The position numbers and the translations under genes are program-made. The notes under the pieces were generated by a model, which was not told the DNA's origin, ran no database searches, and saw only the letters and a list, made by a program, of their open reading frames with translations. DNA of 64,000 nt from the NCBI RefSeq assembly GCF_009914755.1, contig NC_060933.1; one strand, 5' to 3'. This document shows positions 52,532 to 64,000 of this stretch, piece by piece. Each line of letters opens with the position of its first letter. The stretch's first letter is position 1. The DNA is from the human T2T-CHM13v2.0 reference genome, Homo sapiens.

Positions 52532-55524
52532 CAAGTGACCACGAGGGGCTTAGGGAAGGCATTCATCCCTGTTGACTGTGCTAGGAGAACCCTGGGTCAG
52601 GAGATGCTGGACTCCTGGGATAGAAAACCTAGTTCTTTTCAAAGATTTAAAGTAAAGGTTTGAGGTGGAAAGCCCTACTGTTTTCTGGACTATATTAGAA
52701 TCATTCCTCTCCTCATGGCTGTGGATCATATTGCTTATAAAATACCAGCCTCGTGACCCATTTGAGAACATCACTGAAGGTCCACAAGATAGGACCAAAT
52801 GGGTTTTAAAAAACACCCCAGGTTCTCTCCCTACTGAATCCCTACCCAGTCTAACAGAATTAGACTCAAAGCAGCATTTGCAGAAGATAGCCCTGTTTGC
52901 ATGAGCTTTCCAATGACACATCTGGTTTTCCTTTTGAAAAAGGCCCTCAAACCTCATAAAACTGAAGTCCTTTGATTCAAACCACAAATTCCTTATAGCT
53001 AACCTCAGCAAAACTCCTTACACACTCTGAGTACTTAGTCCCTGTAACCCTTATTCCTCTTTTCTCTTCCATCTTCATTAAGTTAGTGGGAGCCAAGCTT
53101 ACAAGGATAAATCTGATTGTTTTGTTCAATTCACTTCATATTAATAAAAATTATGGGTCATTTTTCTGCCTTAGACCTTTGCTTTAGAATAGCTACTATT
53201 TATTAAACTCTAACTATGGCCAAGTACATTACATAGCATCCCACTTAAACTTACAACAGGCTTACAAAGTAGGTGGTATTTTTCCAGTCTTTCCAATGAG
53301 GAAAGAGAAACAAGCAAACAAACAAAAGTTATTGTTTCATTGTCTTCCTGCTGCTAGATGATAGATCTAGTAATTCAAATCCAGTCGGTATAACTCCAAA
53401 GCCCTCACTTCTCAAGTTTGTCTCTCTATATAACAGATTCCTAAGAGTTAATTTTCAAATACGATTTGATATTTTAACAATTCCTCATTTGCCTCAGGCA
53501 ATTGTTATCCTGATTATTGACTTCATGGTGATGACAATTATTGCTACTATGAATAACAGCTCTTATCCTCTAAGTGTTATACTGTGCATTTTATATACCT
53601 TGAATACAATAACTTCTTGAGGCAAGTATTATTATCTCCTTTTATAAATTTGTAAACTGAGATGCAAAAGGTTTGTTAACATTTCCATGATCACAGAGCA
53701 CTGAATTAATGGGAACTGCAAATACTAACAAAAAGGAAAACTTTGTACATGCCAGCACTTTTGAAATATATTTTACATGGTTAACTCATTTAATCCCCAC
53801 AACAACCCTGTAAGGTAGATAGCATTATCATCTGCCTTGCACAAGTGAGGAAACTGAGGCACAGAGAAATAAAATGATTATTCAAGGTCACACAAGATAA
53901 TCAGTGAAAGAGCTAGAGTGTGAATCAGTATGGCCTTGGGTCTGACTCAGAGCTTGTTATCACAGCACCATGCTGCCTAACTATCTGACTGCAAAGTTCC
54001 TCTTTGCTCTGGGCAGGTACCTATGTGAGTGAACTTGAAACTCTATCACTCATTCCAATTCTTTTATTCACTGGTGATCTCACTATGTTGAAAGGACAGG
54101 ATTTGATGCATGCCGTGTCAGTGGTGATCACTGTTATTGAGATAGATTTGCACTGATGTCTGGGAGTTTGGACTGAATGTTAATAACATACAAAGGTGAC
54201 CTGCAATAAATACACAGCTCTGTCAGAAAGCTAGAGGTCTGCTTGGCAGAGAGAGTCATCATGGATTGTGGCAGATTCTCCTTCTGTCAAGGCTTATCTG
54301 AAGGCTAAATAAATCATGCTGGAATCTTCTGGGATGTTGGAAGAGAGGAAAAAGTATGTATTGGATGGGGGTAGGGATGTGGAGGAGGTTCAGATGGAAA
54401 TGGAATATTGATTAGAACAAAGGTGAACTTGATGTCAGCCAGTGTTCTTTTTAGAAATGAAGGGCCAGGAATGGAAGTTAAAAAAGAGAAATATTTTCTT
54501 TAATTGCAGGCATAAAAATAGAGAAATCAACATCTGAAGAAATTCTAAGTGACACACTGGGCTCTAGATAGATGTTACTCTATGTTTGATTCTCAATTTT
54601 TTTGATCTAATGTTTCTGCAACTATGAAGATGTAGCTACACTACAGCATAAAGTGAACTCCTTCACAATGAAAATTTATTTGACACATATTAATTGATAA
54701 CTGACAGCTATAAATTCACATTTAGATTGACTTCAATATAAAATATTCACTTAAATTGCTGTGTAGTCACATTTCTTAACTTTCCCAACTTTTCAAGTAT
54801 AAATGATGCCTGATGTTTGGCATTAGTTTTGAGGATTCCCAAGAACAGCTATCTATACCAACGTTTAAGAAGCATCTTCATAGTGCAGATTTATAGAAAG
54901 ATATCCTCCAGCAATACAGAGGCTATGTGAAAAGCAGTGTGAAGGTGACAGATATTTGTCATCTATGTTATGTCAGGCACTGTGCTAAGTATTATATATG
55001 TAGCATCTCATTTAATAATAACAACTGACATGCAGAGTTGTTATTATTAATCCCCATTTTATAGACAAACATTTCCAGGACTCTGAGTTATATTGCACAA
55101 GGCTCCTTGATGTTCTCATCATGCAGCAGAATTTGAAAACCAGTCTGTCTGATTTCAAAACTTGTGTTCTTTTACCAGACCACCATACACTGCCTCTCAG
55201 AGTAAAGGAGAGATAAATCAGTGAGGACAGCTAAGTTGGGAGGTCAGGAGACTCTCTCTCCTGGAAGAGAAACACCGAACTAAAACAAAACCATGAAGTT
55301 CAGTGTTCTAATTTAGAACACCAACCTTTGAAGTCCCATATTCTGGCCTTTGCTGGGTATAGAATACGAGCCATCTCATGCTCTAAGATGGCTGGTAACC
55401 TTTATCTCTTTCTTCCAGGTTAGAAAGTTAGCTGTTTCTGAAGGCATTAATCTTAGTGAGAAAATATATCATACATTGTAATTCATTATGCCACACAGTT
55501 CGTTCATTCATTCAAAAATGTTTT

Positions 55525-55557
55525 CTGGTAGATTGACTGAAAAAAGTAGCTCTGGTT

Positions 55558-55596
<39 letters not shown>

Positions 55597-56056
55597 TTTT
55601 ACTCTTCCCATACCCATTGCAATGTGACATTGCAGATTTTATCAAGAGGTAGTCTATTTCACCATGATTTTAATCTGGGCTCTCCTTGTATCTTGTTTTG
55701 TCCAAAAGAAGGTGGCAGAAGTGACAATGTGCCACTTTTGATTGTAGATTATGAGAGGCTTTATATGCTTCTGTTTCTCTCCCCTGCTCTTGCATCCATC
55801 ATGCTATGGGAACAAAATCAGGCCAGAATACAGGAGGTGAAGAGAGACACATGCACACAGCCACACACAGAAGCAGAGCTGCCTGATTGAACACAGCTAA
55901 CCTCATGTTCATGAGGGAACCCAGCAGAAACCGAAAGAGCCACCTAGCTAAGCCTGCTTTAAGTTGCTGACCCACCGAATTGTGAGCTAAATAAATGGTT
56001 GTGGCTTCAGCCACTAGGTTTTGGGCTGGTTTGTTCTGCAGCACCAGATAACTGAT
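55525..56056 (+). mobile_element. Old MLT1-type LTR containing a (TTTA)n repeat (55557-55600)
   Basis: gtggcagaagtgaca, gaattgtgagctaaataaatggttgt...gccactaggttttggg...gcagcaccagataactgata. Confidence 0.8.
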
Positions 56057-57619
56057 ATCTATTCACTAAAATGCACTTGGGTGCCAACATTGTGGCATGC
56101 TGTGGGGACATAGAGGTGATTAAGTTATGTTCCCTGTTCTGAAAGAGCCGGCACTCCAAATAGGAAGTCAGACATGTAAACAAATGACAACATAGCAAGT
56201 TATGGGATTAATCAAAGTAACTGGTGAACTCCTTTTAGTAGGAATAGTTCTATTTCCTCTGTAAAGAAACCACTATGATAGGGAGCACAGTACCAGTTGG
56301 TTCCAATAATTCTTGTGATAGTGTCATCCAAACCTCAGACTGCATCAGTGGTCACTCAGCAAGGAGCCTTGAAGATTACCCAATGCTATTTATATCTATT
56401 ATATGATCCTCATTAAGTAACCTCAAAGGGGAGGCAGGAGCTTGGAACCAGAGCTTTTTGGAAGAATTTCTTTAAAGGGATAGTATTCTGTGATTAAATT
56501 AGAAATAGCAAGATACTTGGGAGTACTGATTAAAAATTTTAGTCTTTTGGACTTTTAATGACTGAAAAAATTAATAGAGCTCTAGGCTCCAGAAATCAGG
56601 AACTTGCTGAGTATCTCTTTTTTTTATTTTTCAGAGAGGAAACTATAGCAGCTGGCAGATAGATTAGTGTAAAGAAGCTACACTTGGGTTTGAATCCCAG
56701 CTGAGCCACTCAGTTACTTGATCTTTTGCTGGTTTCTGAATCTCCATACATTTTGTGGTGCTTATGTCTAAACAGGGATAAAGATATTTACTTTATAAGT
56801 TTATGATGAGGACTAAATGTACCAGGCACATAATTAATGTTAATACTTTCCCCATTCCTTCATTTTTAATTCTCCTTTGCTTTCTGTTGCCATTTTCTAC
56901 TTTTTTCAAAAGAATCTGTTGGAGCCCCAATACATTAACCTTCATGAAATTGGGTCCTGACCATCCGTGAAATGGATGAGTTTGAACACTTCCCCAATGT
57001 CGGTCTGTAAAAGCACATTTTGAAAGTGGCTTTGAAGGACTGTTTGAATAATAAGATCTATTCATGATCACAGAGGGCCGAGACAAAAGGCTGAGACAAG
57101 TCTGTTTGGAGAAAACTCTGTGTGGAATGTCAATGCACATATTAGAACCCAGCCTGTCAATTTGGTCCACAGAGAGAATGGTGGTTTTATGACATTATTG
57201 GCACCACAATCTAACAACTCTCAACCGGCTGGGGCATTAAACATGACGAAGGACACAGATAGACTACCCTAGATTTTTTTTATTCAAAGGGAGCACATGT
57301 AATGTTCTCATGCAAACCAGAGAGGAAGTGAGAATTCTTTCATCTTCCTTTTCTTTGCTATTAACCTCAATCACATAACTCTTGGGTTAATTTTCCTTCT
57401 ATAACGAGAACACCAAACAGAAAACACATGTGAGAATTAAATAAACACAGAGTAGAATGAAGGCTGAATCTATGGAATCTATCAGGACTTGTTTACAGAG
57501 AAGGTAAATTAACAATTTCTTGGAGGCACAGTTTTCTTACCTGTATGATAGGAAGAATCACTGTTGGAATAGGCATTAGTGTTAGGGATGCTTCTAGAAA
57601 GCCTCTCTACTAGCATACT

Positions 57620-58005
57620 TTCTAGTCTCAGGACCTTTGCACATACTGGCTCTCTATCTAGAGATCCCTTCCTTGCCGAGATGTTTTTAGGTTAACTCCT
57701 CAAATTTATTCTGGCCTTTTTCCAAATGTCATCTTCTCACAGGGAACTTCCTTAATTATCTTATCCAAAATTGTCATCCTATTACCGTCTACCTCCTCAT
57801 TCTGGTTGATTTTTACATTGGAGCATCTATCTGATATTGTATCATATATTTACATGCTGCCTTATTAATTGTTCGTCTCCTACAATCAAGTGACAGTCTC
57901 ACAAGGTGGGGACTTTATCTGCTTTGTTCACTTCTGTGTCCCCAACACCTATAATAGTACCTGCTACATAGGAAACACTCAAGCATTTGCTAAATGAATG
58001 AATAA
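57620..58005 (+). mobile_element. L2a 3' end
   Basis: ctcaggacctttgcacatactg...ttgttcacttctgtgtccccaacacct...atttgctaaatgaatgaataa. Confidence 0.82.
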
Positions 58006-59758
58006 GTAAATAAACATGCAAGATTGTTTTGGCACCAAAAATTACAGCATATAGTAGGCATTCTATAACTGTTGGCAGAATTAACGAGTGTGCATATCCA
58101 TCTGTGAGCAGAATTAGGGAATCACCACTCTCCAGCAAGCCAGTGTCTCTCTCACTTCACACCCCTGCAGATTGCATAAGGAATGTCCAGACACTTTCTG
58201 TTTCCAGAATGATGTAATGTGGAAGGAGAAGACCTGCAGAACATGTTGCTCACAGACGAGACAGATGATCTCATCCCCTTCCTGGGCATTCCCAGGCTTT
58301 GCTATTAAAAAAAAAAAAAAAAGAAAAGCTGCAATGTTCAATTCACAGGTGGCTGTTTAGTCCTCAGCCGTTTATTGGCAAAATACTTTAACTCATCTCT
58401 TAGCTCCCTGGTGGCTGGGAGGAGGAGAGGAAAGTCATGTCAGATATCATCTGGCCTATTTCTTCAGCCAAATGGAATAGATTTACCCTGAGAAACTAGG
58501 ACATAAAGGGAGAGAAGTGCACTTTAGCATCAGCCACAGGGGACAAGCTGTGAGCAAGGGGTGATGGGGGAGTTTAAAAAACAAAGTAAGCCAAGTGTTT
58601 CATTGACACCAGAGAGCTGAGATTGTTCTTGGGATTATTTCAAAAGTCTAGAGCCTGAAGAAATGATGTACCCAATATCCCTCACGTGGCTCATTTTTAT
58701 TTGAAAAATCCTTTAGTTTTGATGTCTGTGTATATATTAAACTGATCAGAATTTCAATTTATAGGTATTTATTACTCTACGGTTTATAACACATTTCAAT
58801 ACACAGATCTTCACAAAAGTCCTGAAAGTGAGGGGTATAGAATGATCCCCCTTTATAGTTGAGGAAGCTGAGTTTCAGAGAGGGGAGGTAAATTAGCCAA
58901 GATTGCACAGCTAGAGAGCAGCGGAGTTGCCATTGGAACTCAGATCTAGTTATCTTTAAGTGCAAATCTCCAACCAAATCTTCAATTCAAGACTTAAAAG
59001 GTGACCTGCTTGTCAGCTACAGTGTTTGTATGCCTCAAAGGTTTCCCACATCTCTTTTTTCCGTGGTTAGCTATTAGACACCTTATTTCAGATCTGGGGC
59101 AGTTTGGGATGGCAAGTCTGTGCACAAATCAAGCTGAAGTCCAGTTGGATGTCTCCTGAACAATTAGTAGTTTTGCACCGATTTATTAATAAGCCAAATA
59201 GTACTGTCGACTCCACCCTCCAAACTCGCCCCTCCTCTCTTTTCTATCCCCTTCCCACCAAGATGTTTTATTTATTTTTTTTCAGAAGTTGGTGTTAGCA
59301 GCTGGTCAAGTCCTAAATACAAAATCATCCTTTCCACAACCATGTTTCCCATCCAATCCATGATAAAATTATCCAATTTTCATTGCCAAAATGCACCTTG
59401 ACTCTGTCCCTTTTTCTCCATCTTTATGGCCACCACCTTAGTTCAGGCCACCAATCCTGAGCCTTAGGTTATTATATCTGCCTCACAGCTGCTGACTCTC
59501 CTTCCACTCTTGCTTCTCTCATTCATCATATGCAATGAACACAAGAGCAGGTGTTTTTGCATACACCCATTTTTTTGTGTGCTTAACCTCTCAAGGCATT
59601 TTGATGCATTTACAAAATCCTGAAGCCTTAACGGGACCATAGGCTCGGCTTGATCTAGCCCTTGGCAACCTTGACAAACTTATTTGTGCCCATTTCACAC
59701 TTGCTTATTTTATTCTATTCCAGAAGCTGCTGTGTAGAGAGAAAGCTGCTGCTGCTGC

Positions 59759-60064
59759 TTTTTTTTTTTTTTTTTTTTTGAGATGGAGTCTCATTCTGTC
59801 ACCAAGGCTGCAGTAGTGCAGTGACACAGTCTTGGCTCACTGCAATCTCTGCCTCCTGGGTTAAAGTGATTCTCCTGCCTCAGTCTTCCAAGTAGCTGGG
59901 ATTACAGGCACGTGCCGCCATGCCCAGCTAATTTTTGTATTTTTAGTAGAGATGGGGTTTTGCCATGTTGGCCAGGCTGGTCTTGAGTTCCCGACCTTAG
60001 GTGATCTGCCTGCCTTGGCCTCCCAAAATGCTGGGATTACAGGCATGAGCCACCACAGGTAGCC
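59759..60064 (-). mobile_element. AluSx-like, preceded by short (GCT)n
   Basis: Poly(T) plus reverse Alu dimer. Confidence 0.95.
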
Positions 60065-60936
60065 AAGAGAGGTAGCTTCTTGAGAGTAAAACACACCAAG
60101 AAGAAAGTAGAGCTTGGATGCTATGAGAGCGTGAACACTGGCGATATTGTTTGAGGCCCTGAGTGCATTTATGCCTTAAGTGCTGCATTGAGTTATTGAG
60201 CCAATATATCTTTTCCTCTGTGTTTTTTTAAATCAAAATCAAGTTGATTTGAGTTTATTGTCACTTGCAACAAAATATTTCTGGATTTCCACAAATTCAC
60301 AATCAGTTGGGGAAAAGTCGATATGTGAACAGGTAAACACTGAAAATAGATGGTTTGTATGATACAGGTGAACACGAGGGCCTTTAACCAGTGTGGGTGT
60401 TGAGGTGGGGGAAAGTGTCCACTTCCCTCCAGGAGACAATATCTGGTCTGAATCTTGAAATATACTTAGCAGTTGTCATGATGTATCTATCAAACAGAGG
60501 ATGGCAGAGAGACATTCCAGGGAGAAGAGAAGGCATGAGTCAAGGCATGGCGTGAAATGGGATGATAGTTTCTGGGAACTACACGTCACTCATACTAGCT
60601 TTAATGCAGCCTGGATGGTGAAGGCAAAGGGAGAGATGCTACAGAGAAAGGCACAGGCCATACTGTGAAGTGTCCAATAGTTTGTCCTAACAAGATAATG
60701 TTATCCTGGGAATTTTGAGAGAGCATTGAGAAATTAATTTTTCCACTTTAAAAATGAACATTCTAATCCTTCCCCAGCCTATGTACCATAAAAGATGATG
60801 GTGAAGGTCTCTTAGTAAAACGTCTGTGAAAATGCTCTGAACCAGGTATAAATTGGCTAATTATACTATGGAAAACAGAAACTGGAATATGTTTGATGTC
60901 TTCTAGTTTCCAGGCCCTGGACAAGGAGAGAGAATC

Positions 60937-61294
60937 TGATATGGTTTGACTGTGTCCCCACCCAAATCTCTTCTTGAATTGTAGATCCCACAATTCCCAT
61001 GTGTTATGGGAGGGATCTGGTGAGAAGTAATTGATTCATGGGGGCCGGTCTTTCCCATGCTGTTCCTGTGTTAGTGAATAAGTCTTATGAAATCTGATGG
61101 TTTTATAAAGGGGAGTTTACCTGTATAACTTCCCTTCTCTTGTCTGCTGCCATGTGAGACTTGCTTTTCACCTCCTTCCATGATTGTGAGGCCTCCCCAG
61201 CCACGTGGAACTGTGAGTCCATTAAAACTCTTTCTTTTGTAAATTGCACAGTCTCGGTTATATCTTTATCAGAAGCGTGAAACGGACTAATACG
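60937..61294 (+). mobile_element. THE1 (THE1A/B-like) MaLR solo LTR
   Basis: TGATATGGTTTGACTGTGTCCCCACCCAAATCTC start, aacggactaatac end; TSD ga(a/c)tc. Confidence 0.93.
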
Positions 61295-62574
61295 GACTCA
61301 ACACAGAAAGGAGAAGTTGAGAGGATGTGTAGGTGGGTTTTGTGTCCCATGAGATTTCAGTTCCTGGCAGTGAAGACCTCAATGGTGGGGCACCCTTGGA
61401 AGTTGGGCCACATCCTTATAGTGAGAGGAGAAAACACTGCTTGTGTAGTTAGCCTATTTCACAACTGACCAGAGTAGGGCCTGCTCCCTACCCTTCTGTG
61501 CCTCCCCGTTGCATCCCAATAACATGATCCCAAAGTAGTGTTTCTGATTCTTAAGTTCAAACAACTTCAGTGGTCAGGAACTTTGTTCCCAGAAACTGTT
61601 TCCCCACGTCCCTTCTTATATTACTTCCTGTATGTGTTAACACTCTCCCCACCCAACCCTCGGTCATTATATAGTTGAACAAAGCCAAGAGTATGCCACA
61701 GTGGCAGGTTCGCACATAGTCAGCCCCAGCTTCAGTGTGGGGACATGATTGAATTCTCGGGGGCTTTGAAGCCTGGAAAGCAGGGTTGTAATTGACAATG
61801 CACCAGGACAAGCATTTGTTCTCATGGGGGGTCTCCCATCCGTGAGATCAAGAATCCTAAAGCCACATTTTTGGCATCAGCCTCCCTGGACCATTCAGTA
61901 TGACCACTAAGTGTTAGATTGACTCTGGGCTGATTGCTTCTGCTATTTAGTGAGTTGAGATGATGAGCCTGAGCTCTGAGATGTTGCAATATGAGTCTGC
62001 CCAAATAAAACCACTTAGGATTGTCACAGGAAACAAAATAATGTGCCTCTTCAGTTTAAGGGACAACTTGGCTACATTTGGAATTTAAAGAGTCTCTCTT
62101 CCTTTTCTCAGTCAAGGGTACAAAGTGTGTTAAAGTAATATGAGATGCTTTGGCTAAGTATTCAATTATCTCATTCATTTACTTAACAGTTATTGAGAAC
62201 CTGTTCTGTGTCAGAAATGGTGCTAGGACTTAGATAAGCTGAATAAGACACTGCCCTGCCCTCCCAAAACTTGCCATCCAACAGTGGTGTTGAGCAGTGG
62301 TGCTCACTCTCAACTAGAAGATGAAGGATTCCATTTCCTTTCCAGCTCTGCCACAGTGCTGGGAATACTTGACTGTAAGGGGAGAGCTTTCTGTTTACAA
62401 GCATTCTATTTCAGCAAACAGGGGAGTATCTTATAATCAAGGCATTATAAGTCCTGCAGATTTAAACTTAATCTCTCAATTGCTTTATTTTTAATGCCAC
62501 AAATATTATTCAGAAAAAATATATGAACCCATTAAAAATCAGTGCAAGGTCTGGATATATAAAGAGGCCACCTG

Positions 62575-62849
62575 GCTGGGTGCAGTGGCTCAGGCCTGTA
62601 ATCCCAGCACTTTAGGATGCCGAGGCGAGTGGATCATGAGGTCAGGAGTTTGAGGCCAGCCTGGCCAACATGGTGAAACCCCATCTCTACTAAAGACACA
62701 AAAAATTAGCCGGGCGTGGTGGTGGGCACCTGTAAAGAATCATTTGAACCTGAGAGGCGGAGGTTGCAGTGAGCCGAGATTGCGCCATTGCACTCTAGCC
62801 TGGGCAACAGGGTAAGACTCTGTCTCAAAAAAAAAAAAAAAAAAAAAAA
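62575..62849 (+). mobile_element. AluS with about 30-bp internal deletion in the right arm
   Basis: cacctgtaa|agaatc junction lacks tcccagctact...gaggcagg; perfect 14-bp TSD aaagaggccacctg. Confidence 0.95.
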
Positions 62850-64000
62850 AAAGAGGCCACCTGACCAAATGTTAAGGGAGGAGGCAAAAATATTTATTAA
62901 ATTTTGTAATTATTCCTGATAGACTGCGTTGCAGAATTCAAGAATATATATGTCTACAAAATGAATTAAGCACACACAATGTTCAGTTGTTAGGCAAATT
63001 GGTATTTGTGGCTTGCCGATTAACAAAGAACTAGACCTCAAACAAATCAGATGCATCCAAAGTACTGGAGCTCTGCAAAGCTGTTAGATGACTTATAATG
63101 GCTGGAATCTGATATCAGAAGTTTGTATAAAATAGATTCATGAAAACTAAGAGTTGGAAGAAAATGCAATTATATTGCATTAATTGAAAATGCAATTAAT
63201 ATTTCTAATTTTATGACTTTTAATATGTGGTAATTTGATAAATATCATAAGTGGACATTTTATTATTTCATCCACATTTCTAATGTTTAACTATATAGGT
63301 TAAACAAAGAGACAAACAACTTGTTGTCTTGTGCTCGGGCACCCGTGGTAGGTGGCTGATATAGCTGGTTGGTTTTCACAAATGTAATTCCATCTCTGAA
63401 TCTTGGTGCCTTCATCTAGGAAATGAAAGTGATGAAGTGCCTGCTTCCTCTCTCATTTTCAATCATGGTGCTGTTCAAGGCAGTATGCTATGGAAAATTG
63501 TACATCTACACATTGGCTTTGAGTTTATTTAATAGCATAAATATTATTCAGAGAAAATACATGAAACCATTAAAAATCAACCTTAGGGCTGGATATATAA
63601 AAAGGCATGTTTCCCCATTTTATTCCTGGCTCATTGAGTTGGAAAGCCTCCTTAAACAAACAGACCTCCAGAACTCAGCAAGGCCTGCCCCTGCTCCCAG
63701 ATTCTAAATGCAAAAAATGAAGAATATTTTCTTTCTCCCATTTGTTGTATAGATTTAGAATTTAGAAGACATCTCAGAAGGAAGAAAATGATGGGTGGCA
63801 TTCTGATAACATTATCTCCTCACTGATGTTTTGTTCTTGCTGCTGTTCATATGGAACACAGTAGTAAGTGTTGTGTGAGGAATGCAATTACGTTTAAAAA
63901 AGGAGGTGTAAGAAGCTATTATAGTTTTGAAACACATAAAGGTGTCTAAACTCACTTTTCTCTGAGTTGTGTTGATCTGCCACATTAGCCGTCCCCATGG

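Noticed and set aside
52550-53011. 153-aa minus-strand ORF, longest in the window
   Set aside because: Non-ATG start, no domain similarity or codon-like bias that I can see.

Overview
This is primate (almost certainly human) non-coding genomic DNA, intergenic or intronic, and rich in repeats. I find no supportable host protein-coding gene, RNA gene or CRISPR-like array. The supplied ORFs are Alu, L1 or LTR read-through or chance frames. The one real protein remnant is a dead HERV-H reverse-transcriptase fragment. The main feature is a 5.7 kb env-less HERV-H provirus on the minus strand (18930-24614) with two LTR7s, a tRNA-His primer site, a PPT and an AATTT target-site duplication. Its conserved Trp/Gly codons show an APOBEC3G-type GG>AG pattern, and its LTRs carry the ACAAAAGA (LTR7up-like) motif. 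It lies in a deep nest of insertions within an ancient L1 (about 17.7-35.6 kb). The nest also holds a MIR, a MER41B LTR with one intact GAS site, a MER4 inserted head-to-head into another MER4, a rearranged MADE1, a locally duplicated L1MA fragment and a twin-primed L1. Outside annotated repeats I found several unexplained local duplications, most notably a 188-bp, about 95% identical inverted copy (50004-50191 vs 52344-52531) with template-switch-like junction repeats. I cannot support a new biological system here: the interesting signals are fossil records of retroviral restriction and DNA repair, plus candidate TE-derived regulatory elements. Repeat subfamily names come from my recollection of consensus sequences, and boundaries of old repeats are approximate.
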